Assembly (NCBI GenBank): GCA_000091205.1
Contig: AP006490.2
Direction: 5' to 3' (one strand)
Origin: Cyanidioschyzon merolae
Lineage: Eukaryota
Length of the DNA stretch: 64,000 nt
The position numbers and the translations under genes are program-made. Shown here in pieces: positions 23,301-34,677 of the stretch. Positions within the stretch are counted from its first letter, which is position 1. Each line of letters begins with the position of its first letter. The notes below the pieces were generated by a model. The model was not told the DNA's origin. It saw only the letters and a program-made list of their open reading frames with translations, and did no database searches.

Positions 23301-24092
23301 GGGACACCGGTTGAAGGCTCGTTCAAGATGGCATCTGGTGCGGGTATTCCAGGTAGCGGATCCTCGCAGCAGGCCCGTTATCCGACCGTGTCGGGTTTGT
23401 CGCGTCGACGGGCAGAGTCAGCGCGCGCGAAAGTGGATCGCTGGCTGCTTGGCGCTACCCAGCCAGCGGGTGTGCGGCGCTGCGAGTCACCCTTTCGACA
23501 GCCACAGGCATCGTATCGCGAAGTGGATGTCTTGGATCGGGCAGCAGCTGGACCTGGAGTCATCGCGCAGCCGCAAGCGGATCAGGGCAACGAGGACACG
23601 CTCATGGACGACAGTGACCCGGCACTGGAAACAGGTCAACTGCGTAACCGCACTCGTGAACTCGACAAGAGCGCCGCAGCGGAGCCCGGTCAAGGCAGCG
23701 AGCTCGATTCAAAAGCCGAGGCGGATTTGGCCATGGTGGATATGCTCGTCCCAGATTTCAGCAAGTACGCGACGCCACTACCACATGGATTGATGTCACG
23801 AAGCACACCATCGAGCAGTAGTGGCAATGGTGAAACCTCCAGCACCGGTGGTGGCGATCTGGAACCGTCGCCGCTGGCTGCGAAACGCACCTTGCGTGTG
23901 GAAGTCGCGTCAGAGGAGGCTAGGCGGATGCATTCTCGGCTGCAACAACACAAGTCGTCAGGTATGCTGGTGCCACGAATGACTGCTTCCTGGTCGGCAG
24001 AAGTGAAGTCGGCGGCTCATCGACGCCACAGCCATGCGCATCTATCTTCGAAAGATGCGGAACAAAAGCATCCCGATGAAACATCAGCGTAG
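20322..24092 (+). CDS. B-box zinc-finger protein with very long low-complexity (Ser/Ala/Pro/Gly-rich) tail
   Basis: N-terminal CALCKEKEAVVYCCSHGCALCLTCDRKEH has the plant CONSTANS-type B-box spacing C-X2-C-X8-C-X7-C-X2-C-X4-H. A second B-box-like Cys cluster is ILCDSCGAMPAVAYCTERARFHCELC. The remainder of the 1256 aa is low complexity. Confidence 0.65.
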   Translation: MPKLHRVRAACALCKEKEAVVYCCSHGCALCLTCDRKEHKSAVDFGTRQFNTRRNVSAMEAVDSNKEGSRGKITEKLLREGPPSASQLEQASRRAERRAGACAQKQLQSDVEVAAQVGATAENNSGLPGVTRDCVDAASVAKRYLTDGPQVHSALENSGLDTCRADARPVFPVIVPAIGVSALTQRPSESVPEPQATETKNCALAENPLFFKPDSELPSGDSHWANQIYISSSGSSSVSGSGETAEKISDFREGAPSLETPPNEGQSSSQSSTFRDGPGRTTSSSDLQTAGVLPCASADVQAHVRHPIVAPAVLILCDSCGAMPAVAYCTERARFHCELCMKYAHASGSAPDAPQELPMAWQVQCMKSGKAADADMKGAHRHEQDPYASSRSRCGDSGDSGSAEREPTSESPSGGDQGTSHSGNGGSREPTSSSPAETAATTKPQNLEGPSTTAKSAHSQRKTYSDRGLSRSVAMMMLLDCSVEVPSRGSEELSAEGGDDASAESISEQTDAESMSLGHESARSGEFRADPCTEPTLTSTGLPIKWATAISEEDLAAAAERAVRVFAASSNSNGTRSTSSRHASSNDLSSAIVPGTGTHDVATAAPAVQSEAAAEAAPAQVTGFEQPPLPACCIDITTTDARRAISIAKNEPFIIGQRSRPAYAPSSPLGQQPTSQSTGRRGGTHQRRTADASEGAKRALPLKHQANTTASRWRKGRATGKNVDMRPDANHPEEEPLAPHLTGLDVWGPHPETMAIIDSSTLAQAETARGLRSKTGAPRSAEQMRGTALKVEGAAICASSARAACSAEGQAVSAPRMRTSARALESSTRVDSTPLVPWRDLEVQQAPSLSKPQVPAYVAAWSASPSQPSLADFVEAPLECRRSISKAASAQELRTASGRVPDSRHRSSRETAPGLATRTSRESASHPASAQTAHLVEEGATSRGCPAGLVHLDAGPRGGHGVASIAVGTIDGNPAKLRGFDDGTPAARLSPRSGTPVEGSFKMASGAGIPGSGSSQQARYPTVSGLSRRRAESARAKVDRWLLGATQPAGVRRCESPFRQPQASYREVDVLDRAAAGPGVIAQPQADQGNEDTLMDDSDPALETGQLRNRTRELDKSAAAEPGQGSELDSKAEADLAMVDMLVPDFSKYATPLPHGLMSRSTPSSSSGNGETSSTGGGDLEPSPLAAKRTLRVEVASEEARRMHSRLQQHKSSGMLVPRMTASWSAEVKSAAHRRHSHAHLSSKDAEQKHPDETSA

Positions 24093-24854
24093 GATCCTTG
24101 TCTTCCAATGAACATATCAAGTTTTTAGGAACAAACAACATGTAGCATCAAAACTGGGAATGTAAACTAGCGATAACGCAGCGGATGACAAAGTCGCGCG
24201 AGTCGTCGGTAACGGGCCCGTGCATCTTTGGCGAGTTACTGTGCACCTGGGACGTTTCCTGCAGGTGCTGTGCGTACTCCACGGACCGTCGCAGTTCTAT
24301 GCTCATGTTCGTGCTTGCCTTGTAAGCTATTGACGATGCAGAGCACTGTTCGGGGAAGCTCGAAGGAATGCAAAGGAAGGGCGGGTTTCCCGAAGCGTGC
24401 AATTAGGTATTATACGTGCACTACGCATCCAGCATCGGTAACCGGGGGAATCACAGCGAGAGACCGAGAGAAGAATGAATAGTGTACACGAGTTGGCAGC
24501 AGCTTGTCTTTGAAGTGTCTATGTAGTCTCTGTCGTATGCAAGCGCTGCCACCGAGTTGTGAGCTGGAGCTTAAACTTGCGAACTTGCCTATTGATGCTC
24601 AGTCGAAGCATTGGACTCGTTCAAAATTCTGCAGGTCTTCCCAGGAGCCACAGTGCTATTCTTGGGACTGTTTCCGTTTCTGGATATCTGGACCGCACTT
24701 GATCGTCGAGTGGTGTTCGTCTGGGCTATTGGTTTCAGCCCAGACCAGTCAGTCAGTCGTTTGCTCGTTGAACGCTATTCAGTATCGGGTAGTCGTTTTC
24801 ACGCTCTCCGAGGGATAAGGAGATTGCATCGGAACCGCGGAGCATTGTGCGTGT

Positions 24855-25837
24855 TTGGCTTCCGTACGTAAAGACGAGGAGGTGCAATGCGGCCTTGACG
24901 CAGAACCCGAGACGAACACCCGCTTGTCCCGGAATGCATTGACGCGTCGCCGCCGCATGACGGTGGTCGGAGTATCTTCAGCGCAGGTGCCGAAAAGCAT
25001 CAAACCGAAACCAAAGCCATATGCGCGGCAATACCGAGGGCGTCATGAACTAGACCCTCTCCGAATTGTACCCGTTTTAGCGCAGCTCATTCACAGAGAA
25101 AAGTGGGTGCTGATGGGAAGCATTCTCGGGATGCCACCTGAGGCGGACAACGGTTTCTTGGCAAAAGTCCTGCATCTGGAAGCGAGCTCGACAGCGATGT
25201 CGCAGCGAGAGCGGGAGCCGCTTCAGATCGTCAAAGCTCACGGGATTGCACTTGGTCTTGGACCGGTGGACGTCCTCTCCAAGACATGGTGGACGTGTGA
25301 TGCCCGTCCTGCTCGCGTGATGCGAATCGACGTATGCCTCATGAGAGCGCTCAAGAGCAAAGCGATTTTCTTCTGCGAATCCGAGCGCTCTAGCTTCCTC
25401 AAAAATGTATTCTTTATCTTTCCCGTGACTCAGGTCAAGGCACACTGTATCTCTAGAGACACTTGTTTCGTGTGCTGCAAGTCGTCCTCAGAGAACTACG
25501 GTTGGTTTCTGCGAGCAAGGATGCAGCATTCGAACAGCGTGCTGAAGCGCATAGCCGGAGATCGCTCAAGGCCGCTCCATCGCAGACAATGAACGGGAAA
25601 CAATTCTCAGGGTTCATGGAGACAGACGGACTAGCCATCAGTGTGGGTCTTGTGAAATTTTTGAAACCCATGTCCGAGTCGAGCCAGGGGCCTCATTTTC
25701 AACTGTTCACGTTAGAACAAGACAAAGACTTCGCAGTGAGCGCAGTTCCTCGACTCAAGGAAAGTACGACCGTCACCGAGTACCTGCATGGAAAGCAGAT
25801 GGAGCTCGTCTGCTCTGTAGTGGCATGGTACGATTGA
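24855..25837 (+). pseudogene. Unassigned ORF pair in two frames (245 aa and 124 aa), possibly one frameshifted or fast-evolving gene
   Basis: ORF 24855..25592 and the overlapping ORF 25463..25837 in a different frame. No recognisable domain. The call rests only on ORF length and intergenic position. Confidence 0.2.
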
Positions 25838-27130
25838 GAGTCGAGCATGATGGACGCAACGAGGCATACCAGCAAGTGGAGCGCAGGCTTCTGGACCCAT
25901 CTCCACGCTCCGGGCATCGTATCTCGCAGAGGGTTGTGTTTTGCACGCCTGATTCAGAGTGTACGTTAGCGTCCAAGTAGATCATCAAGACGAGGTTTCG
26001 CAGGAATCCTGGACATGGCTTTGGCATAGCCGACGGTTTCCGTTCTTCAAAAGCAAAAAGCGTGCAATACGCAACTTGTTGAATGCTTTCCAAACGGAAA
26101 AGACCGAAAAGTCGCATCGTTTGTTGGTAACTTGCGGCACCGCGCATGCTGTGACGCGCTTATACTGCACTGCCCTTCCCTGGTCGCGAGCCGATAACGA
26201 GTGCGGGAGTCGATGCTATGCGATTCCCATTGAAGCGTTACGGACAGCATGGATGGATCACGAGCAGGGGCGAACGCTGAAATCCGCCACACAAGAAAGC
26301 TACAAACAAATCCGAATGCACGAAACGGTGCACGATAAGCAGATCGAGCGTCGTATTGTGAGGCACTCCAAGATGAGCTGCTTCCTATAGCGCGATTCCG
26401 CTGGCACCCAGGCACACGAACACACTCTGAAACGGGAATGGAGCGCCCGGGTCATCATCTGGCAATGTATTGTGCTTGTGGAGCATCCAGCGGCTTTACG
26501 TCGAGCGAACTTTCCAGAAAATCGTTTCTTACTCATTCTGATCATCGTGCTGGAACGCGGAAGACTCCCGAGGAAAAAGTTTCGTGACAAGGAGGGAGCG
26601 CATTGGATTCACGTCTGGAGCAAGGCACTGGCATGGTATGCGTCAACAGTTCTGAAATGTTGGAGTGCCAAGAATATACACCGAGAATGGTTTGCCCAGG
26701 CAACTGATGAACGGCAACGGTGCTCCACGATGCGGTATGAGTCCGCAGTCGACGCTGCGAAGCGTGTAGCGCCCTGCGGCACCAAAAAGATCTTAGGCCG
26801 CGCGGAACACCGCTGCGATGCAGAAAACGAATCAGAGGAACTTTGCGATACAACCCTCTCTGGTATATTTGAAGAACGTTGGTCGAGCTTTCCGGAAGCG
26901 TGTCGTTACCGAGACCTAATACCGAGCTCGCCTGTTTACAGCAGACTCTAGTGGAGTGCACGAGGCTTGAACCATTTGCAATCGATTCATCGATCCAACA
27001 ACTTACAAAAACCGTCTGCTTCGGGGGTCTGAAGTCTCACGCGGGTTTATGAGCAGCGTCCATGCCACGGGCAGACGCTGATTCGAAGCATCGAACTCGC
27101 ATCAGAGCGCATCGGATGCAGTGACGACCG

Positions 27131-28237
27131 TCACGGCAGCATGACCTCGTTCTCTGCTCCGGGGGGAATGTTCTCGTCCGTTCCCGTAGAGGTGTCGGAA
27201 ACCATGATGTCTTCAGGCAACTGCAACGAGTCCTGGTGATCTCGGAGATTGCGGTTGTAGTTCCGTGCCGCGATGTCGCTGGCGTTGAGCACTGGCATCG
27301 CGCGAGGCGGAGCAACGGCCAGCGTCGCGCTTGCGTACAACGGGCGCACATCGTCGAAAAATGGATGGCGAAGTGCATCTGCTGCCGTTATTCGACGAGC
27401 TGGATCGAGCTGGAGCATTTCGGACAGAAGTTTGCATCCGCTTTCACCGAGATCGGGCAGTATCTGAATTAGTGGCCGTGGTTTCCATTGAGGGAAATCA
27501 TGCCAGTCGCGGAGCTCGACTACAGATGGCCAAGTCTGTTCGTTTGGCGTACCGAGAACCCGAAATATTGCAAGGAGCTGTTCAATCTCGCTTTCCCCGC
27601 AAAATAAAGATCGTCCCCGAATCATCTCTGCGAGTATGCAACCTACACTCCATATATCTACAGGCGTCGAGTAACAACGCGTCCCGAGAAGGATCTCCGG
27701 CGCCCGATACCACAAAGTCACAACCTCATGCGTGTACCTACCGACAGGAATACAAAAGGCACGCCCTAAACCGAAGTCTGCTAGCTTGATGGTACGATCT
27801 TGGTTTGTGACGAGTATATTCTGCGGTTTAAGATCGCGATGCATGATCCCGCGGAGATGACAGAACTGGAGCCCGAGCAACATTTGGTACGCAAAGCACT
27901 TGGCTTGCTGAAGGGGTAAGCCCTTGCCGCGCCCCCGGTGCCGATTCATATACTGCTTCAGGTCGCTCTCAGCGTATTCGAAAACGAGATACAGAAGCGG
28001 ACGTTTTCCGCGACTCTCGGCGTGGATAACGTCGATGAGCTTCACGATATTCTCGCAGTCTGACAGTGCTCGAAGGATGCTTACTTCCCGAAGCGTCGTA
28101 GCTGGAATGCCTTCATCATCATTCGAAAGCGTTGTTTTTTTCAGCGCCACAATTCGATTGGTCTGCAAGTCAAGCGCTTTGTAGACAGTGCCGTAGGTTC
28201 CCTGTCCCAGCACTTCCAGGCGTCGAAAGCGCTCCAT
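27131..28237 (-). CDS. Cyclin-dependent kinase, B-type-like (PATTLRE variant of the PSTAIRE helix)
   Basis: Kinase motifs present: GQGTYGTVYKA, HRDLKPQNIL, DFGLGRAF and GRYTHEVVTLWYRAPEILLG. The T-loop is identical to CDK1/2. The cyclin-binding helix EGIPATTLREVSIL resembles plant CDKB PPTALRE/PPTTLRE. Confidence 0.9.
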   Translation of the reverse strand: MERFRRLEVLGQGTYGTVYKALDLQTNRIVALKKTTLSNDDEGIPATTLREVSILRALSDCENIVKLIDVIHAESRGKRPLLYLVFEYAESDLKQYMNRHRGRGKGLPLQQAKCFAYQMLLGLQFCHLRGIMHRDLKPQNILVTNQDRTIKLADFGLGRAFCIPVGRYTHEVVTLWYRAPEILLGTRCYSTPVDIWSVGCILAEMIRGRSLFCGESEIEQLLAIFRVLGTPNEQTWPSVVELRDWHDFPQWKPRPLIQILPDLGESGCKLLSEMLQLDPARRITAADALRHPFFDDVRPLYASATLAVAPPRAMPVLNASDIAARNYNRNLRDHQDSLQLPEDIMVSDTSTGTDENIPPGAENEVMLP

Positions 28238-28646
28238 GGAGGACAGGAATCACTCGAGGCGCCTTGACGACGATTCGTGTATGCTCTCGAGCGTGCACAC
28301 ACGAACGACTACCCCAGGAGCCGCAGACGCTAACCAACTGATGACGACACGCACCGTAACGGCACCAGAAGCGCCGCTTCTGGGCAAACACACCGGGGAC
28401 GCACGCACGACGATGATGGCGACGCAACCGATCGCGCGTTTGAAATCCGCGCACAGCTGGCGTTTCGATAGCGGCGCTTGCGCGCATGGCGCCTGGGGCA
28501 CCAAGCACAACGCTGGGGTATGGACGCGATGACTGGGTGCCTCAGGACGCGATCTAGTTCAGGTGTTGCCTGGACTGGTTTATGATGTGGGATCGTTGGC
28601 TGAAAGTAGGGAATGCCTGGTGCGCAAACGCTATCGGAAAGGACAT

Positions 28647-29985
28647 CTATGCGAGAATAAAATGGAACGATGTCAGCTTCATGAATTCTGGTGTTCACGC
28701 GAACCCATAGGCCTGCTACCAGGATGATGAACACCGGCCGGTTGACGCTCATTCTGTCAATGCTTTCTGGTCTCCTGCATCGTATCTCCGATACGAAATA
28801 CGCTGGACTGCCGTCTCTCGCAAGTTACGCTGCCAGCAGTCGACGGGTATTCGTGGCGGCACGGGAGTCCCGATTTCGCTGCATGGGGCGGTTGTCAACG
28901 CTTTTCATCCAGAGTCGGAAGTTGCAATCAGCGTTTCTCTTGCCATTGGCATATTCCTTGGACACATCTCCGGTACGCCATCCGCAGCGTCGGCACTCGG
29001 CTGGCGTCAGACGTTCGGTGGAGTCCGCCAGAACGCCCCCTTCGATGGCCATCCTGTGGCTCGTCCATGCTTCCCTCAGCGTCCGGTACGTGCACTGGAC
29101 GGGTACAGAAGGCTCTGCTCGATGCCCAGTTCCGTTGACACAACCGGTGCCGTATCCCCTGATCACGCGCTCCTTCCACGCGATCCCGACGGTGAGTACC
29201 CTGCCTGCTGCATGAAACAGAGGATCTGTGGAACGCGGTGTTGTCTGTGGTGAAACAAGTACCAGAAGGACTATCCAGACTGGAGACGAAACCGAAAAGC
29301 TTCGCTGCGTCTATGCTCCCGCTGTACAAGCCGGTGACGCACGCTCCACACTGACACCGGTCGCTCCGACGACTACAGCCCGAGCCCAAGACCCGTTTCC
29401 ATGCAAACGCAAGTGACTGAGGCCCCTGGAAGCGCACCCCGCGAGCAGGCCCATGCTGGTGTGGAATGGCGTTCCATCTGTGGCCGCACTGAGCGTGTGG
29501 AGGATTCGTCCTTCCAATGGATTCGGTTCATTGGCGTTACAAGTGCAGTGAACATGCGGCATGAGCTTGTGGAGCATTCGTCATGCGACGGCGTTGCGTT
29601 CGTTTTCTTCGCATGGCTCCAGCGGCACTACTCTGGGGCGCCCGCGAGGTCTCTCGGGATCGAAAGATTGAAAAGCTCAAGAACGGGTGATTCGCGCACG
29701 CTACGGGCAAGCGGGGTAGAGGCATCGAGGCGTGCACGTATGGACTGGGTGATGGTATCGAAGGCTGATTCTGGGGAACGTTCACCGGCTGGGTTTCGAA
29801 TGATGTTGATTCTGGTGACGTAACGAAACCGGCGGTGGCGATGCGTCGAATGAGCCACACGGACACGGCATCAGAGAACTCTGAGACTACCTAGGAACGG
29901 GAGAGCCCTCATTGCTGTACTGGAATGTCGAGGCTGGGCATCTAGAAAGAGTCTCCGAACAAAACGTAGGGCTGGAGCAGAGCGA
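28647..29985 (+). repeat. 1.34-kb dispersed repeat, copy A (direct repeat partner at 40349-41692)
   Basis: About 1337 bp, ~98.8% identical to copy B with ~16 substitutions counted by eye. It begins ctatgcgagaataaaatgga and ends ...aaaacgtagggctggagcagagcg. Internal ORFs have no recognisable domains. Confidence 0.9.
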
Positions 29986-30478
29986 GCAGTGTAGTCTTTA
30001 ATTTTTATCTGATAATGTAAGCACGAATATTTCAATCCAAATCAGACCTCCAAGGTGCACTGGTTACCACTACAGAGCCGTCCCTTTGGAGTTAATGGTT
30101 CGTTCATACGATCCTGCGAATGCCGGGCCTGGAGTGTGTACCCCGCTGCAACAGAGCAGCCTTGCTCTACGCTTGTGCACTTGCGGTGCCGCCACGATGC
30201 ACCTGACGCATGGTCGGGTATTGTTCCCAGTTTATGCCCCGATAGTCTGCGTGTGCAGGTGTGCCAGCACGGAACGACGCACCGGAGAAACTCAGCTCTT
30301 TGGACAAACCGCTGGTATCGAGACTCGCCAGGCAATCTTCTATGGGATATGGTGCGGGTTCAGGGCGCGGGCCTTCCTATGTGTATATTGCGTGCGCGCC
30401 GCAGCGTTCCTGGATGTTGAATCCATTGGTGTCTGCGCTCGCGACACATCACATTGTTAGGCTAGTCGTTTCACTTTT

Positions 30479-30682
30479 GTGGCGTGTATTCGAATAAAGA
30501 CCGTTAGTTCAGACAGACGACGCTCAATCTTCAGAGTCATGTGCTTTCTCGTCCAGTGCGATAACTGCAAGAAATATACCTGGAAGGGTTGTGGGAACCA
30601 TATTCACAGTGTGAAGCAGCAGGCGGAACGCGAGGGGAAGCCTTGGTGTGAGTGCGCACCAGAACAGCGGCGTCCTCGCTGA
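30479..30682 (+). CDS. Small Cys-rich ORF (hypothetical)
   Basis: The motif CDNCKKYTWKGCGNHIHS...CEC is a CxxC...CGxH...CxC arrangement suggestive of a small zinc-binding protein. There is no confident family match. Confidence 0.15.
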   Translation: MACIRIKTVSSDRRRSIFRVMCFLVQCDNCKKYTWKGCGNHIHSVKQQAEREGKPWCECAPEQRRPR

Positions 30683-32049
30683 GTGCATTGAACTGGAGCG
30701 TTTCCCGCTGGTTGACGAAGTCGACAAGCTCGTGGGCAAGTGGTTCACATGCTGTTGCGAATCCCTGTTTGTGGACTGTGCGTTGTACCAGAGGCGATGC
30801 GTGCGGAACTCGCGTGAAGTTGAAGGTGTGAAGCGCTTTTTCCCTGTGCACGCAGGCGCTGTGCTCGTGAAGCGCTACTGCATTACATTTCTTCATACAG
30901 GCCAATGCATGACTTGGGGGTTTGCATCCAGGACTTTGGGATGTCGTCGGAGCTTGACGTGTTACGCGGCTGGTCGTGGCGGTTCCACAGCTGCGCACGG
31001 ATATCTATGGTTCCTGTCAGTTTCCCAGGCATCGGTTGTCTGTCAGCGTGAACCTGGCCATGGAGAACGACGAGCTTGGGCGGCAGCGCTTTTGGAGAGA
31101 CTTCATTGGCAGCTGTGACTGGATTTGGATGAATGGGCGGCAAAAGACAGCGATGCCAGGCGGTTACCAAGCTCATGCCGGAGTTTTTACAGAACATAAA
31201 ATCGGATATTGCTATATGTTGAAAAACTACTTTTGGAGCGAAGCGGGAGCTTTTCTTATGGATTTGGCTTCCTCAAGGAATGTCGCCGAAAGCTGCGAAG
31301 GCGTCTATCCTTGGACTTTGCTGTGAGGTATTTGAAGCTAACGCAGTTGGCCTCGTGATGCATCATTCCGCAGCGACCCGAACGTCATGATCTTCTCGCT
31401 TTTTGATCAGTTTTCTGGTCCGATCGAAGTCGGTCAAAGGTAAGAGGGAGAATCTTGCGCGAAATTCGCGGCCGGCTACTCGTGGCAAGTCTCCATAGAC
31501 AGCACCAAGCTTCCTTTCGAGTCTTGAGTTCGCCAAAGGCAAGCAGGCTGACTGAAAACGACTTGACAGTGCGAGTCGAGCTGCTCCGTGGTTTCATTTG
31601 AGGCGTCTGCATGAAAAACGACTAAAAAATGACATTCTTGATGGAGTTCGCATCATGGGTTCAGTTTGGGGAAACTCCCAGTCCCGATGTGCACATTCCA
31701 GCAAAGCATATCAGTCGTGGTCCAAGTCTTTTTATCCGTTTTTTTGATAAGGTTCGGAATTATGATCGACTCTGGAACAGAAGAGATTGTTGGTGCGGCG
31801 CACTAGTCCTCGCGACGGCCTAGAAACCTCACTGTGTCCGCTTTTTCTGATTTGGCACAGAGGGCATCGCTGGAAGCTTGCAAAGCAAGACTGTAATGAT
31901 CTTCTCCACGAATTCCATGCGATGAATGAAACAAAAAATTTCCCACGACCATAGAGGTTAAATGAATACCGACGTACAGATTTCTCCCAGCCTATTTCGA
32001 TCGGCCTCCTGCTATCGGCTACGGCTTCCCTCTGTACACTTCGAGTTTG

Positions 32050-33275
32050 AGAGGCAGCCCCAGAAAGTTGGATCGCGTCAGTTCCGCAGGTATCGTTTTC
32101 AGCACCGCACATCGTCTGATATTGATGGCGGCGCTCAAGTCTCGGTTCACGAACTCCATGCATGCTCTGCATCTGGCTGAACGCATCCATGAACGGATTC
32201 CTAGAACTCGTGTGCACTGTTCCATTTGCTGCTCTGTCAGCTCTCCGTGCTTTTCTATCGCCGAAGCGCTCGCTGGCTTCTCTCCAGCTCGACCTTATGG
32301 GGTGTGCGCCTCAGGTCATTCGTTCTTTTTTTCATGAATGCACTTGTTGATGACTTCAGATGAGCACCTTCACAGAGCGAGAAGGAGTTGCGGAGGGGAG
32401 ACGAGATGTCCTCCGTCCCTCGTGTGTCAAAGTATGCTGAAAGCTAAAGCGATTCTGCCAGTGCAGAGAACATTGCGTTTCACAATAGAAAATACTCCTT
32501 CGATGCGGTTGAAGCATGGCGAGTATATAGGAATCAAAAGCAGGTCCTCTCTCCGACAGAATCGGCAAAGGCTCCAACGCAAAGGAAATGATGAAATACC
32601 ACACTGTCCAATAGAAGAACGTTGCCAAACCTGCAGGGGAAAGTCTTTATAGAATCGACGTAGGGGTGCTGTTGTATGCGCCTTCCGGAGGAGCGAAACT
32701 GAGACCGCCAAACGAATCCTCTGCGTCTAAAACAGATGACGGTGTCGGTCTATTCGAGTTCGATCGTACATACAACACGCGCCTTATCCGCGAATACCCA
32801 AGTACGCTCTGACCCCATCGCGCGAAGCAAGTCTCATCGACCGAAAAAAACAAATCGACGTCCTTGTGCATCATACTCATCGTGACGTTCCAGGAACGCT
32901 GTCGTTCCGATGTCGGTGGAAACTGGCGCTGCTTGAACTATGATGCATCCTTTGCGACTGCATCTCAGTGATTTCAGGACCCCGCGAACAAGCTGGGGAG
33001 AAACAGAGGCGCCAGTGGTTGCTACGATCGTCGCTTTTGCTTTACGTGAGATGATCAACGGGTCGTTTTCCACCATTGACTACAAGCAGTCTTCGAGAAT
33101 ATCGGTTTCTGGCACGGAGCGCATATACTCGTTCGTTTCATTGTTCCATACTTATCTGAGTACTGTGGTATGACTGACCTCCAGGAGGAATGCAGTCCTC
33201 CTTGCTTTGTTCAGTAAAGAATGTATCTTAAAAGCAGTTCGTCTACGGTCCCTAGGATATATTGCATAGTGATTC
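32050..33275 (-). mobile_element. Decayed Tc1/mariner-IS630-like DNA transposon, copy 2 (best-preserved transposase remnant plus X module)
   Basis: Minus-strand frames carry the HTH SRKAKATIVATTGASVSPQLVRGVLKSL and the first DDE Asp region FFSVDETCFARWGQSVLGYSR. The second Asp region LIPIYSPCFNRIEGVFSIVKRNV is present with D mutated to C. Frameshifts and stops interrupt the ORF. The X module lies at 32050-32340 (+). Confidence 0.55.
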
Positions 33276-33819
33276 CCATCTGTTATACACTGCGAAAAGG
33301 CACTCGATTCCACGTAGCACATGTGAAACAGCATTGAGTTGAAAAACGATAACGAGTAGCTATGAACCAAATTGCATACTGGGGCACAGCCAGCGGAAGC
33401 TTTATGCGCCTGCGCGACTTTAGGACTCCACAGCGGCGCTCGAGTTGGATCCTCGAGCGTGAGCCTAGTTGAGGCTCCGGTGCCGTACAGGCTCGCAGCG
33501 TTACCCGGCCAAACAAGTACGCGAGCGGGAGCCGTGTCGTGTTCGCGGCATTGACTCGTAACCGACAAGAGCGTTGCCAATCAGGCGCTCGGGGGGACAC
33601 CTGCTGGCTCACCTACGTGCGCGTTCGAGACGCTGCCTCAAAAGTCGACTGTCGTACGAGACTTTCTGCGTCGCAAGGAATAGCTTTTGGGCCCTAGGGA
33701 CGCGCGGTCCGTGTCCGTTGCGCGCACTGTCGAAGCTTTCGCTCTTCGTGAGGAAGTTGCGTCTTTAGCGAGAACTTTCGATAAATAAATCATCCACGAC
33801 TTTGAAGCCTTAGAACGCT

Positions 33820-34677
33820 TTGTGGGTCGTTGAAAGGTCGATGTCGCCAGCTGATTCAGAACCAGCTTCCCGTACGGAGAACTTGGATCAGAGCCCGACG
33901 AACCCGTTGGGCACCTTCTCTAACGCCGCGAGCGACACTTCAAAGTCTCTGAACGAGAATCAACAGCGAAAACGGCCTGCTTCTGTCGCCGGCATCGTTC
34001 ACGTACGTCGAATTCCCCCGGGATTGAGTGTCGCTGAACTCAGACGCATTCTTGAAAGGTATGGACGCATAGGACGCGTGTACTTGCGCAAAGAGCAGGA
34101 AAGTGAGCGACGCGAACGCATCATGCGTGGCGGCAGTCGTCGTAGGATGGCGTTGGAAGCTTGGGTCGAGTTCCTGGATCAGCAGAGGGCCGAGCAGGTG
34201 GCGGCTTTACTGAACGCAACCCCCATGGACCCTCAGCGAAGAAGGAGCCGATTTCACGGGGATCTGTGGTGCATTGAATACATCCGTGACCTGCAGTGGC
34301 ACCATCTTTCGGACCAGATGGCAGCCATGCGAAGAGAGCGCGTCCTCCGCATCAAGAACGAGGTGCATGCCTCACGAAGGGAGCGCGATCACTGGCTCGA
34401 GCGTCTGCGCGAGGCTCATGTTGACGCGGCTATCCAGCAAAAACGGCAAAAACGATTACAGCGAAACCCAGGAGACTATCGCGCGAAGTCAAACGAGTCA
34501 CGCGAGCGTAGGATGCCACCGCAGCACCGTCCACGTGCACAGCGTGACATCGCACCGACCGAGCGTGGGGTGGAAGCGAGCAGCACCTCGCCGGCAGATT
34601 GCGAACCGTGCTTGTCAAGCAAGGAGCCTTCCGTTGAGCGGATCCTCAGACAGATCGCAAATCCGACCTATACGTAA
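33820..34677 (+). CDS. ESF2: ESF2/ABT1 family pre-rRNA processing protein (RRM-like)
   Basis: GIVHVRRIPPGLSVAELRRILERYGRIGRVYL, EAWVEFLDQQRAEQVAALLNATPMDP.RRRSRFHGDLWCIEYIRDLQWHHLSDQMA. These match the ABT1/Esf2 signatures GVVYLSRIPP...GRIYL...EGWVEFEDKRVAK...[26 protein letters not shown]. Confidence 0.85.
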   Translation: MWVVERSMSPADSEPASRTENLDQSPTNPLGTFSNAASDTSKSLNENQQRKRPASVAGIVHVRRIPPGLSVAELRRILERYGRIGRVYLRKEQESERRERIMRGGSRRRMALEAWVEFLDQQRAEQVAALLNATPMDPQRRRSRFHGDLWCIEYIRDLQWHHLSDQMAAMRRERVLRIKNEVHASRRERDHWLERLREAHVDAAIQQKRQKRLQRNPGDYRAKSNESRERRMPPQHRPRAQRDIAPTERGVEASSTSPADCEPCLSSKEPSVERILRQIANPTYT

